Below, one piece after another: positions 28,362 through 38,225 of a stretch of DNA of 64,000 nucleotides. The position numbers were made by a program, and so were the translations under genes. A model generated the notes under the pieces. That model did not search any database and was not told the origin of the DNA. It saw only the letters and a list, made by a program, of their open reading frames with translations. This stretch comes from a virus: IMG/VR virus record IMGVR_UViG_3300014838_000019, positions 11,837 to 75,836 of that record; one strand, 5' to 3'. Every line of letters begins with the position of its first letter. The first letter of the stretch is position 1.

Positions 28362-28901
28362 ATGATTAAACTCCTCGACCTTCTTGTAGAATATCATGAT
28401 ACTAATATTTGGTATCATGGGTCTGCGTCAGGAGATTTGCGTGGAGGTAAAACAGGTCTTCATTTAGGAACTGCTTTGGCGGCTAAACAAGCATTGGAAG
28501 CAACAATTGGGATACCCATCGAAGGATACTGGGATGGAACTCGTGAATATGGAAAAACTTTACTTTGTGGTAAAAATACGTTAAAACATAGAGGAATTTT
28601 TCCAACGGGGATTAATTGTGATGTTACGGAGGAAGATTTCTATGTTACGCCAGAAATCATTCGCCGACGGTCATCCTTTATAACATCATCAATGAAACCC
28701 TCTATAAAAAAGTATAAGATAGTTTGTAGAATGACAAATACTCCGGAAAATCCATATCCCGACTTTAAAGCCAACGGATATATGGGCGGGTTACTGAAAC
28801 GAGGAATAGCGAAAAATGGATTTTATTACAAAAACGAGTCCGAAGATTATGGGAGTATATCCGCTGTAGTTCCAAATGGAACTTGCGTGAAAGAGGTATG
28901 A
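28362..28901 (+). CDS. ADP-ribosyltransferase-fold-like protein with MIKLLDLLVE tag
   Basis: WYHGS...GLHLGT..AA...GFYYKNESEDYGSIS.VV pattern resembles H-type ART domains of polyvalent proteins. Confidence 0.5.
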   Translation: MIKLLDLLVEYHDTNIWYHGSASGDLRGGKTGLHLGTALAAKQALEATIGIPIEGYWDGTREYGKTLLCGKNTLKHRGIFPTGINCDVTEEDFYVTPEIIRRRSSFITSSMKPSIKKYKIVCRMTNTPENPYPDFKANGYMGGLLKRGIAKNGFYYKNESEDYGSISAVVPNGTCVKEV

Positions 28902-30334
28902 TAAAGCAAATCAATCCTCAGAATATTCTGATTTCGCCGTTTATTGCGGCTAAATCTCGTGCTTTATCCAACACAGCAAATTCTGATATAGTCATCCTTG
29001 AACAAGATACCACTGAAACGATTGGTATTGCGCTCGAATATATTGATTATAATTTTGGAACTCCCCTACTTAATCGTGACTGTAATATAGCTCTTGAGCA
29101 ACAAAGCAATGATCTCGCAATGTATCAAGAAGGTGTTTCGGGATCGGGAACATTCAATAGTCAATCAGCAGTTTTAAATGGAGATGGGACCTATAAAGTT
29201 CTTGTTTACAACACAGTAAAGAATCTATTCTATAATACCTATAATAATCCTACTGAGATTTTAGGTCTTGAACATATTGATTTTCCTCTTAGTAACACCC
29301 TCCGAAATCTGTCACAACAGTTTCGAATGTTTTCTATCCCCCAAAGTGTTTTTGGAGATAGAATACAACCTAAAAGTGTTCAGCTTTTCGACGAACTTTT
29401 GGATGATAACATCATAATTTTTGACGATGGAAACCAAAACCTGATTGCTGGGTATAATTTATTTTCAAAAGTTCAAGAGGTTCACACATATCCGGCTGGA
29501 TTTAATCCTCAGATTCTACTACCGGGAGCAGTGAGTCTTTCATGCCCAGTTTACAATCCTGTATATTTCACTCTCAATCCGTCTCCACAGGGAAATTGGA
29601 CGACTCCGACATATATTTACGAGTCATTACCCGACAAAAATTTCTTTACAGCATCATTTACGGTAAGCGCAAGTGCAGGAAACAATGAGATAACATTCCA
29701 ATGGTATTCAGGAAGCACTGCATTAGTTGACAATGCTAGAGTAACGGGAAGTTTGGTGGTATCTAGCTCAGTATCGGGTTCGACTTTACAAATTAACGAT
29801 CTTCAATTTAGTGATTATGGTAATTACTATTGTTCGGCAACAGACAATGCAGGAACTTCCTTCAGTTCAAATGGATTATTGACTGTTTGGGATAATACGG
29901 TGTCTCAAAGTATGGTTGATACAATGACGTTGGGAACCTCCGTTCTTTATGGTAGCACTACTACATTGCTACCATATGGGGAAGCAAGTGTTCCAACATT
30001 TGGAACAACACTACGTAGTGGTTTGGTAGTTAACAATGTCTTCTATGCTAATGCATACGAAACTGCTTCTGTATCGGTTGGATTTGATAGTGGATTATTG
30101 TTTAACGTTCTTGTTCCATCGTATGGAGGACAAGAAACTGCTTCTGTATCGGTTGGATTTGATAGTGGATTATTGTTTAACGTTCTTGTTCCATCGTATG
30201 GAGGACAAGAAACTGCCTCAGTATCAGTAGGGTTTGATAGTGGACAACTTACAACACTTGTAGGTCCATATGTGAGTGTTACAGAAACACCGGCAACATT
30301 TGCAGTAAGCTTATTGACGGGAAGCGTCTTTTAA
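28898..30334 (+). CDS. virion structural protein with Ig-like domain
   Basis: FQWY...STLQI..LQFSDYGNYYCSAT I-set Ig signature. Confidence 0.7.
   Translation: MIKQINPQNILISPFIAAKSRALSNTANSDIVILEQDTTETIGIALEYIDYNFGTPLLNRDCNIALEQQSNDLAMYQEGVSGSGTFNSQSAVLNGDGTYKVLVYNTVKNLFYNTYNNPTEILGLEHIDFPLSNTLRNLSQQFRMFSIPQSVFGDRIQPKSVQLFDELLDDNIIIFDDGNQNLIAGYNLFSKVQEVHTYPAGFNPQILLPGAVSLSCPVYNPVYFTLNPSPQGNWTTPTYIYESLPDKNFFTASFTVSASAGNNEITFQWYSGSTALVDNARVTGSLVVSSSVSGSTLQINDLQFSDYGNYYCSATDNAGTSFSSNGLLTVWDNTVSQSMVDTMTLGTSVLYGSTTTLLPYGEASVPTFGTTLRSGLVVNNVFYANAYETASVSVGFDSGLLFNVLVPSYGGQETASVSVGFDSGLLFNVLVPSYGGQETASVSVGFDSGQLTTLVGPYVSVTETPATFAVSLLTGSVF
30059..30244 (+). repeat. 75-bp tandem repeat (2 identical copies plus a diverged partial copy)
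   Basis: Encodes ETASVSVGFDSGLLFNVLVPSYGGQ. Confidence 0.95.
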
Positions 30335-30355
30335 AAATATGTATAGGACATAAAT

Positions 30356-31606
30356 ATGAACAGCATACAACAACTTTCTCAGACATTTCACGGTTATTAT
30401 AAAATTGGCGTAGTCAATCCTGCGACCGACGAAGTTGAGTGGAAGTGCTCGGGCAGCAACATTATCCTCAATGCTGGAATGGATAACTTGTATAATATGT
30501 CCATTGCCGATCAGACCGATTATGCAATGTGTGGAGTTGGAACCCGGCCCACCAATTTGTTTGGTGGAGCATCTCAGATTTCCCAATCTGGGAACCAAGT
30601 CCTTTTATATAACACAGGGGGGCTTATTACCGATTTTACATCATCATACAATGTGTATCCAAACTTGGTTCAAGCAGGAGATATGATTTCTTGTTCCAAT
30701 GGACAACAACTCATAGTATCAAGTGTTAATAATGGATTCAATCTAACGGTAACTCCTCCTTATACGTTTGGACCACAGACGTTTGCAGTTTATAAAACAT
30801 CTCAAGTAGGGCTTCAGGCTGAATCCTATCGTGCAGGTCCAGGTATTTCCAATAGTCAATATTTCACAGGACTTAATGGATGTGGAACAACATACAATGG
30901 AAACATTGTGGAATTACTTCGAACCTATGATTTTGCCCCGATAGTAACAACTCAAACATTCAATGAAGTTGGGGTAGGATGGGCATCAACTGGAGCAGCC
31001 ACAGTATTCAGCCGCCTATTGCTCCCATCTCCGGTGACCGTTACGGCTGGATTTAAATTGAGGTTAGCATATACACTCACCACAACATTTGGTCCAAATG
31101 GTTCCATTTTTGGAGCAGCATCAATTGGTGGATGGCCATTATTACCATCAACAAACACGAACGGAACTCAATCAGTCCAAGATTTGCTGTGTTCATATAT
31201 TGATACTAATGGTAATACACAGGCGAGTCTTGCAGTGCTTGATCCATTCTTTATCAATGTTGGAGGAAATTATGCCGCAATATATGCATCAACAAATTCA
31301 CAATCGCTTGCCCCATTTGGAAGTGCCTATGACCGCACAAGTACAGCAGTCACTGGTCCTCAAATGAGTTTAGCGTCTTATACTAATGGAAGTTATTTTT
31401 GTGATAAAACGGGAACTACTACTGCGGGAGCAATTAGTTCTAACACGATATATAGCATTGGATTCGGAGTAATAGCATATGGATATGTTCCCTATTCCTC
31501 AACAGGTCAAGCATATACATTTATATTCGCCCAGCCTCAAACATTGACCAATACCCAAACTCTATCTCTGACTTTCAGATACACATGGGGAAGAATATTA
31601 GGATAA
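30356..31606 (+). CDS. virion structural protein, paralog A
   Basis: NIILNAGMD, VQAGD, KTSQ.GLQ.ES, EVGVGW, FSR.LLP shared with the next gene. Confidence 0.65.
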   Translation: MNSIQQLSQTFHGYYKIGVVNPATDEVEWKCSGSNIILNAGMDNLYNMSIADQTDYAMCGVGTRPTNLFGGASQISQSGNQVLLYNTGGLITDFTSSYNVYPNLVQAGDMISCSNGQQLIVSSVNNGFNLTVTPPYTFGPQTFAVYKTSQVGLQAESYRAGPGISNSQYFTGLNGCGTTYNGNIVELLRTYDFAPIVTTQTFNEVGVGWASTGAATVFSRLLLPSPVTVTAGFKLRLAYTLTTTFGPNGSIFGAASIGGWPLLPSTNTNGTQSVQDLLCSYIDTNGNTQASLAVLDPFFINVGGNYAAIYASTNSQSLAPFGSAYDRTSTAVTGPQMSLASYTNGSYFCDKTGTTTAGAISSNTIYSIGFGVIAYGYVPYSSTGQAYTFIFAQPQTLTNTQTLSLTFRYTWGRILG

Positions 31607-31610
31607 GATT

Positions 31611-32924
31611 ATGAGTGAACAAAACAACTTAAATTATAACGGTGGAATACAGATAGGATTATCGGGGCGGTATTGCGTTCAAGTAGTTGATTCTACGACC
31701 GACGAAATAATGGCAGATTATGGGTGGCACAAAAATCTTATTCTTAACAATGGAATGGATGCAGTCGCATCTGTAGAAATGGGTGCTCTGTCAGAAATCG
31801 CAATTTCTGGGACTGGATCACGTCCTAATTATTTTACCAGTAGCACATCCACTATAACTCAGTCAGCAAACTATATTGGATTGGTAAATTCATCCTCAAT
31901 TACATCATTCAATCAATCGGTAACTACTAATGGAACTAGTTCTTATCCTTATATAGTTCAAGCAGGAGATTTAATCATAGATCAAACTTTGAGTCAATCT
32001 GTAGTTATCACAACATCTATTGATGGTAAAACTATTCAGATTAGTGGAAACGGTCAATCATTCTCTACCCCCAGAACGTTTACTATATGGAAAACATCTC
32101 AATATGGGTTGCAAGGAGAAAGTCAACGCACTAACAATTATTACCCGGGGTTTGTTAATACAAGTTCTTGGAATTGCGGGTCGGTTCAAAGTGGAAGCAC
32201 ATTGACCATGCGTCGTACTTTTAACTTCTTACCGGAAGTTCAAACTCAATCATATACAGAGGTAGGATGTGGATGGAACACCAATCCTTCTTATGGTGCT
32301 TTCAGTCGTGTTTTATTGCCACAAACAGTATCGTTGTCCCCATTCCAACAGTTGCGACTCATTTATGATTTGTCGGTTTCATATGGACCGTTTACCCTAA
32401 TAACTAGGAGTATAAATATTGCTGGATGGCCTGTCGGTCCTTCTACAAATACTTTGGGAACCGAATCAGTGCAAAATTTCAATGTTTCATCAGTAAACAT
32501 AGGTGGATACTCTGACGGGTGGGGACAATATGGGTTATATACCTTAGACCCCTCGAACATAAGCCAGTTTAACGTTTTTGCATCTGTATATACGGCATCG
32601 TTTTATACTGGGTCTCCCACGTCTGGCTCCGCAAGTAATTTGCCCGGTGATTATACACTTACAAACACACTGGGAACCTATGTTCCTGGGACTTATACCA
32701 ACACAAAAACTGGATTTTTTACCATCTATCAAGTAACTTCTTCAAACTTAATGAGTATTGGATTTGGAACGTATCTTCTAGATTATAATAATAATGTATT
32801 GACATATCCTTGGGATAAATATGGACAAGCAATGGTATTTTCGTTTAATCAGCCACAATCAAAAAACAGTTATCAATCCTTAACTCTAACGTGGAGATGG
32901 TATTGGTCACGGATTATTCAATAA
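31611..32924 (+). CDS. virion structural protein, paralog B
   Basis: NLILNNGMD, VQAGD, KTSQYGLQGES, EVGCGW, FSRVLLP. Confidence 0.65.
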   Translation: MSEQNNLNYNGGIQIGLSGRYCVQVVDSTTDEIMADYGWHKNLILNNGMDAVASVEMGALSEIAISGTGSRPNYFTSSTSTITQSANYIGLVNSSSITSFNQSVTTNGTSSYPYIVQAGDLIIDQTLSQSVVITTSIDGKTIQISGNGQSFSTPRTFTIWKTSQYGLQGESQRTNNYYPGFVNTSSWNCGSVQSGSTLTMRRTFNFLPEVQTQSYTEVGCGWNTNPSYGAFSRVLLPQTVSLSPFQQLRLIYDLSVSYGPFTLITRSINIAGWPVGPSTNTLGTESVQNFNVSSVNIGGYSDGWGQYGLYTLDPSNISQFNVFASVYTASFYTGSPTSGSASNLPGDYTLTNTLGTYVPGTYTNTKTGFFTIYQVTSSNLMSIGFGTYLLDYNNNVLTYPWDKYGQAMVFSFNQPQSKNSYQSLTLTWRWYWSRIIQ

Positions 32925-32933
32925 TTATTTATT

Positions 32934-35471
32934 ATGCCAGTCGTCTTCAACCCACCAACAGGTTCTGCATCAGGATCATTATCAGGTTCTGCATCAGGAT
33001 CATTATCAGGATCGATATCAAGTTCCTACACCGGTTCCGCTCATTCCGTCCATGTAATAGCACAAAATGTAAACTATGGATATGCAGTCGCAACATATGG
33101 TGACTATGTTGTGGTTGGGAATCCTGATTTTTTACCATATGACCAATCGACTGGAAGTTTTCATACGGGGTCGGTTGATGTTTTTCTTTACAACAAATCT
33201 ACAGATGAACATGATTATGTAGGAAGTATTGTCCAACTTTGGAGAGACGTTGATGTTATAATGACTACGGAAGCCAATAATTCTCCGTCGGCTTTCACAC
33301 CAATATCAACCGAAAGTTCGTCCCTAACCTCCTATCCTGAGTATGATATTGTTATAGATAAAAATCTATATGAATACTCCATCGAAAATGGATATGGTAC
33401 TTCCCTTGATATGTATAAAACATATTTAGTAGTGGGAAACCCGTATGATAAAGAAATTACTCAGACTCAAGCGGGTGTATTCGTATCTTCTTCTTGGTCG
33501 ATGGTAGATATTTATGATTTGTCCAAGATAGCTTGGCCATTATTAAGTTCAAGTGCGGCTCTTTTTACAATTGATGACCCTGATTTGACCACTGATTTTG
33601 GATTCACGGGATCATTTGGAACCTCCGTATCCATCAACGCCGAATGGGTTGCTGTTGGAGCACCACGTCACAATGGATCGAATGGATTGGTTTATATCTA
33701 TCAAAATCAATCCATAGGAAATAATTACTCGTGGTCGTTATTTCAAACACTTCAACCTCCGGCATCTGCCGTATCCCAATCTGAATTTGGATACAAATTA
33801 AAGCTGAATAAATATGATGGTCCTCATAGTAATAGTCTTATAGTAGGGTGTGGAAATCCAATGGCATCGGTAGCATATTATTTCGAGTTTATTAATAATG
33901 TATGGACTCAAACCTTTGTTTTCCAACCAGACATGAGTGTCTATCCTATGACATTCAATCCAAATTATTATCCTCAGCCCGGTAATATCAACATGAATGT
34001 GTTCAATGGGTTTGGGATGGCAGTTGGATGTTATGGCGATGGAGTTATTATCGGAGAACCATTTGATCGAAGTTTCTACGAGTTTGCTAGTTCATCACTT
34101 TATCAACAAGGTTCAACATATATTTTTGAACGATGCATAACTGGATCGGGTTGGCAGCAAGTTTTAAAAACATATGGAACTCCTACAACATTATTTAACA
34201 ATCGAATGGGATTGTCCGTTGATATGTTTGGTACAAACGGGGTATCGGGAATTCCTAAAATAAATGAAGGTCAGGAAAATTCATGTTATATCGAAGGAAC
34301 CCTAAGTCAGGTTTATCAATGTGGAACTAATTTACAAGAGATTGTCAATGGACAAGTAATGTTGCTTCAACAAAATACTCAGTCGGGACAATGGGGAGTT
34401 ACTAATGTATATCAAAAAAAGAAACAGTTTTTAACTCCGTTCCGTGATTATGGGTTTGATGTTGCCGTGGCAGACGTTTCGATGGTTGTCGGTGCTCCAA
34501 TGCTTGTAGCAGATAACAATCGTATTATAAATACGCCATTAACACAAAGCGGAGCATCAATGTTAGGGGATTTAATGGGTAAAGCCTACATTTACGATTT
34601 CGATACATTTAGAGATCAATTTCATGTCGGTAATGTATTTTACCGAAATGGAAAAATAATCATCATGACCTCGGGGTCAGTGTTTGATGGTCTGTTTTAT
34701 AATCCAGTAAATACTAATAATTACGAATATGACTTGGCATTCAATAGTCAGCACACGATCTACGAAAAACAGATCATCTGCACGGTTGACCCGGGTGAGT
34801 TCAACGTCAGCACCAACCCAACTGCTATCACTCAGGGCATCGCTACTTTTGACATCAATGGGAATGGAATCTTCGACTTCCAAGACGCCGATGTTATCTT
34901 GCGATACATGCAATACAAATATACGTCGATTCTCGGAGTTCCAGTGTCAACCGATTGGAGTTCCTCTGTTGTTAATACTGTTGACGAAATAAGTTTGTAT
35001 AACTATTATTTAACGAACTACAATAATATTTCAACCCCAACTTTACTTTCTCAGAGTTTGACTACGTGGGAGACGACAAATACTGAAATGCAAACGATCC
35101 TTGATCTTAACCAAGATGGTAAGATTGACATTCGAGATATAAACATCTTGTGGAAATATTTCTCGCACCGATTGACTCAAGATAACTATTCTCTTTACAT
35201 TACGCCTGCATGTTCACGCCGATTGTTCAGTGATGTAACCGATTATCTCAATGGATTGACTGGAAAATATAATACTCCATTGATTAACAATAACTTCATG
35301 GACTATGAGCGGTTGACTGCCACAGATAATACTGGGTCGTATTTAGCTCCTATGGCTACTTTGATTGGAATTTATGATGGACTGCAACTTGTAGCATTGG
35401 GAAAACTTGGAACTCCAATTAAAATTTCCCCAGAACTTCCAATTAATTTTGTAGTCAAAATGGACTTCTAA
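32934..35471 (+). CDS. virion protein with FG-GAP-like beta-propeller and dockerin/EF-hand-like loops
   Basis: FG.SV..VAVGAP repeats; DINGNGIFDFQD and DLNQDGKIDIRD; C-terminal IGIYD..LVALGKL..PI motif shared with 27133. Confidence 0.7.
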   Translation: MPVVFNPPTGSASGSLSGSASGSLSGSISSSYTGSAHSVHVIAQNVNYGYAVATYGDYVVVGNPDFLPYDQSTGSFHTGSVDVFLYNKSTDEHDYVGSIVQLWRDVDVIMTTEANNSPSAFTPISTESSSLTSYPEYDIVIDKNLYEYSIENGYGTSLDMYKTYLVVGNPYDKEITQTQAGVFVSSSWSMVDIYDLSKIAWPLLSSSAALFTIDDPDLTTDFGFTGSFGTSVSINAEWVAVGAPRHNGSNGLVYIYQNQSIGNNYSWSLFQTLQPPASAVSQSEFGYKLKLNKYDGPHSNSLIVGCGNPMASVAYYFEFINNVWTQTFVFQPDMSVYPMTFNPNYYPQPGNINMNVFNGFGMAVGCYGDGVIIGEPFDRSFYEFASSSLYQQGSTYIFERCITGSGWQQVLKTYGTPTTLFNNRMGLSVDMFGTNGVSGIPKINEGQENSCYIEGTLSQVYQCGTNLQEIVNGQVMLLQQNTQSGQWGVTNVYQKKKQFLTPFRDYGFDVAVADVSMVVGAPMLVADNNRIINTPLTQSGASMLGDLMGKAYIYDFDTFRDQFHVGNVFYRNGKIIIMTSGSVFDGLFYNPVNTNNYEYDLAFNSQHTIYEKQIICTVDPGEFNVSTNPTAITQGIATFDINGNGIFDFQDADVILRYMQYKYTSILGVPVSTDWSSSVVNTVDEISLYNYYLTNYNNISTPTLLSQSLTTWETTNTEMQTILDLNQDGKIDIRDINILWKYFSHRLTQDNYSLYITPACSRRLFSDVTDYLNGLTGKYNTPLINNNFMDYERLTATDNTGSYLAPMATLIGIYDGLQLVALGKLGTPIKISPELPINFVVKMDF
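32959..33006 (+). repeat. 24-bp tandem duplication (GSASGSLS)
   Basis: CAGGTTCTGCATCAGGATCATTAT twice. Confidence 0.9.
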
Positions 35472-35487
35472 CTGATATTTATAGGTA

Positions 35488-35613
35488 ATGATTGAATTAT
35501 ATCAAAATGAACAGTCGCAATGGTGCCTCAAATGCTCATGTGGAGATGCCATGGTTTATGCAAACAAACGTGCCGCAGAAACAAATTCAACTATACCAAT
35601 CCTATGCCTATAA
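35488..35613 (+). pseudogene. probable truncated zinc-finger endonuclease N-terminus
   Basis: MIELYQNEQSQWCLKCSCGDAMVYANKRAAE...*, after ATATTTATA and overlapping the next start. Confidence 0.45.
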
Positions 35614-35897
35614 GTTCACCACGCCCATCACTGACGACCACCCTAGACCAGCGTTATGCAACTCAGAATGTTGGAGAGGCATTCAACGTTAAAGCCGTTC
35701 TAGGAGGACCGGGAGCCGTTCCAACCTCGGGAGAGACTATTGACGCTGTAAGTAGTAATGGACAAACTTTTCAAAGTCCGAATGGGTTTTGGGTCAGCCC
35801 GAAGTCGCAAGTGTCTCAACTTAAAGATGTTCAGTCTGGAAATAGCTCTCTATCTACCTATATTAAAGGCTTAGATACGACAAAGTATCATCCGTAA
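35604..35897 (+). CDS. small hypothetical protein
   Basis: MPISSPRP...YHP, followed by a hairpin. Confidence 0.6.
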   Translation: MPISSPRPSLTTTLDQRYATQNVGEAFNVKAVLGGPGAVPTSGETIDAVSSNGQTFQSPNGFWVSPKSQVSQLKDVQSGNSSLSTYIKGLDTTKYHP

Positions 35898-35911
35898 AAA
35901 AATATTTTCAC

Positions 35912-35959
35912 AAAAACCTCCATTGCCCTATGTATATCAAACGGCAATGGAGGTTTTTT
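35912..35959 (+). terminator. 16-bp inverted repeat terminator with a promoter-like motif in the loop
   Basis: AAAAACCTCCATTGCC / GGCAATGGAGGTTTTT; loop CTATGTATATCAAAC. Confidence 0.75.
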
Positions 35960-35987
35960 CATTGTCGAAAACAACGTAACAAATAAC

Positions 35988-36566
35988 ATGTCACTACAAG
36001 AAATCAAAGTTGCACGCACGGATGTTCTCAAAATTGTGCAAGAGAACAAGGAAAAACACGATGGTATCCTCAAAACAGCCATCGAAGGTTACTGGATTGA
36101 TGCAGAATCGTATTTGAAGAAATTTGAGAAGGAAGAACTCGAAAAAGCTACGAAAACGCATAAGGCACAGCTAAAATCTATACGAAAAAGTCATAAAGAG
36201 TTAGTAAAGTCAATAAAATCTCGTGTTAAGGAAGACCTCACGAAAGTAGCTTCCCGAACTAAGGATAAAGGATTTAATTACTGGCGTGGAGCATATCCAG
36301 AAGATCATGGCGATGATTATACCGGAACCATTCGTAGGTTGGAATTATGTGTTGAACCTAACATCGACCTTAATACCAATGAGTTTGATTCCTATATCCG
36401 TAATAAATGGTCGTGGAAGGATTCATTCATCACGTCAAATCGTGGGTATGTAACTTCATTCGCTAGTGCTAATAATATGGGAATTGGAAACTATCAACCA
36501 AGCTATACTATTAGTGCATCCTATGCATCGACTGGAAGCTACCTTAACGCCTTAGCAAGGTTCTAA
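35988..36566 (+). CDS. hypothetical protein
   Basis: 192-aa ORF with a coiled-coil segment. Confidence 0.7.
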   Translation: MSLQEIKVARTDVLKIVQENKEKHDGILKTAIEGYWIDAESYLKKFEKEELEKATKTHKAQLKSIRKSHKELVKSIKSRVKEDLTKVASRTKDKGFNYWRGAYPEDHGDDYTGTIRRLELCVEPNIDLNTNEFDSYIRNKWSWKDSFITSNRGYVTSFASANNMGIGNYQPSYTISASYASTGSYLNALARF

Positions 36567-36595
36567 AAAGTCATAAAATAAAATGTTACAATATG

Positions 36596-36622
36596 AAATG
36601 GCATCTTCGGGTGCCATTTTTT
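36596..36622 (+). terminator. rho-independent terminator
   Basis: AAATGGCATC-TTCG-GGTGCCATTT followed by Ts. Confidence 0.85.
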
Positions 36623-36647
36623 ATGTTTTCGACCAATACTTATAAAC

Positions 36648-37211
36648 ATGAAGCAATCAGGCGTTTATAAAATCCAAAATACTATCAATGGGAAATCTTA
36701 CATAGGGAGTTCGTTTGATATTGTTGACCGATGGAATAGACACAAACGTTTATTGTCTGATGAAAAACATCATAACACTCATCTTCAAAATGCATGGCAC
36801 AAATATGGCAGTGGGCAGTTTACATTTGAAGTTTTGGAGCTTGTCCCGTGTAATGAACTATTGGTAGTGGAACAGAAGTATTTGAACGATTGTAAACTTA
36901 ACCCCGATTGCTATTACAATACGGTGTATGAAGCAGGAGCACCGATGAGAGGACGGGTTCCGTGGAATAAAGGGAAAGTAGGAGTTCAGGCTGCTTGGAA
37001 CAAAGGGATATTATTTTCGGATGACGCAAAACGCAAAATGAGTGAAGCTGCCAAAAATAGAACCGGAAATAAAAACTCGATGTTCGGGAAAAAACACTCC
37101 GAAGAAACACGAAAAAAGTTAAAAATTGCACGACGAAGCCGACCTCCTGTTAGTATTGAGACACGAGAAAAGATGCGTCAATCACATTTGGCTCGATGGA
37201 GGAACCAATGA
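36648..37211 (+). CDS. GIY-YIG homing endonuclease with NUMOD3
   Basis: GVYKIQN..NGKSYIGSS, LQNAW.KYG, MFGKKHSEET. Confidence 0.9.
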   Translation: MKQSGVYKIQNTINGKSYIGSSFDIVDRWNRHKRLLSDEKHHNTHLQNAWHKYGSGQFTFEVLELVPCNELLVVEQKYLNDCKLNPDCYYNTVYEAGAPMRGRVPWNKGKVGVQAAWNKGILFSDDAKRKMSEAAKNRTGNKNSMFGKKHSEETRKKLKIARRSRPPVSIETREKMRQSHLARWRNQ

Positions 37212-37702
37212 AAAGTTTAGGCTTGGACTTATCAACAACTGTATGTGGATTCGCCATTGCGGAAAACAAAATCATTTTGGATGCTGGATTTTTTGATATA
37301 AGCGATGTGGCAAAATACAAAGAAAAATCATCCATTATTATAAATGGACTTGAAGGTAAAGTTTTTGATAGAATAATCATTGAAGAAACATTGTCGGGAT
37401 TTGCGTTTGGAAAAACCTCTCAACAGGTGTTATTGAAGTTGGCTAAAAACAAAGCGGTCATATCATACATTTTGGAAGAGCATTATAAACTCTCCATTTT
37501 TTATGCCAACGCTGTGACCATGAGAAAACAATTGTTCGGAATTTCTCGAATCAAAGGAATAAAACCAAAAGATTTTGTAAAATCAAAACTGGACGCTATG
37601 TATGATATGACACGGTGGACTACGCTCAATCGAAACGGCGTTCCAGATAAAAAGATGGAAGATGTTTATGATGCCGTAGTGATAGCGTGTTACGAACCGT
37701 AA
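37208..37702 (+). CDS. RuvC-like Holliday junction resolvase
   Basis: LGLDLSTT..G, IIIEE, DVYDAVVIA RNase H-fold motifs. Confidence 0.8.
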   Translation: MKSLGLDLSTTVCGFAIAENKIILDAGFFDISDVAKYKEKSSIIINGLEGKVFDRIIIEETLSGFAFGKTSQQVLLKLAKNKAVISYILEEHYKLSIFYANAVTMRKQLFGISRIKGIKPKDFVKSKLDAMYDMTRWTTLNRNGVPDKKMEDVYDAVVIACYEP

Positions 37703-37703
37703 T

Positions 37704-37919
37704 ATGAAAACAATCAAGATAACGTGTGACCGATGCGGGACAGTAGTTGAGGGGGTTATAAACCATAATTCCAAGGGGGACATAGTAACTACTGGTGGAT
37801 ATTACATCGTTTCCGAAGGCAGTAGTTGGAACGAATATCAACGGGACGACGAAGAATACGTCTGCGACGAATGTATGCATGAAGACCCGCTCTACAAAAA
37901 GTTATACCTTCAGGAATGA
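37704..37919 (+). CDS. small zinc-ribbon protein
   Basis: CDRC...CDEC. Confidence 0.65.
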   Translation: MKTIKITCDRCGTVVEGVINHNSKGDIVTTGGYYIVSEGSSWNEYQRDDEEYVCDECMHEDPLYKKLYLQE

Positions 37920-38221
37920 GTGGCGGCTACATATACATAATATCTAATCCCGCCCATCCAAATTTTCTAAAATTTGGAATTACGGAAGACATAAAGTCCC
38001 GTTTGTCCACCTATAACACAGGCGACCCTCAACGAGCATATCGGGTGGAGTATTACATTTTCCATCCAAAATATAAAAAGGCTGAAATGAAGATTCAAGA
38101 AATGCTCAAATACTTTGCAAAATCCCAAAAGAATGAATGGGCGGAAATTTCACTTCCAATTGCCATATCAAGATTGGATGAGACGTTGGATGATTATAAC
38201 AATGGTCCTGAGAACTATTGA
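37916..38221 (+). CDS. T5orf172/GIY-YIG-family protein
   Basis: GYIYII....FLKFGIT....RL..YNTGDP...E..I....EW. Confidence 0.8.
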   Translation: MSGGYIYIISNPAHPNFLKFGITEDIKSRLSTYNTGDPQRAYRVEYYIFHPKYKKAEMKIQEMLKYFAKSQKNEWAEISLPIAISRLDETLDDYNNGPENY

Positions 38222-38225
38222 TAAC

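Noticed and set aside
30059-30244. Repeats as a possible CRISPR array or DGR template/variable pair
   Set aside because: They are in-frame tandem coding repeats with no spacers, no adenine-specific mismatches, and no cas or reverse transcriptase gene in the window
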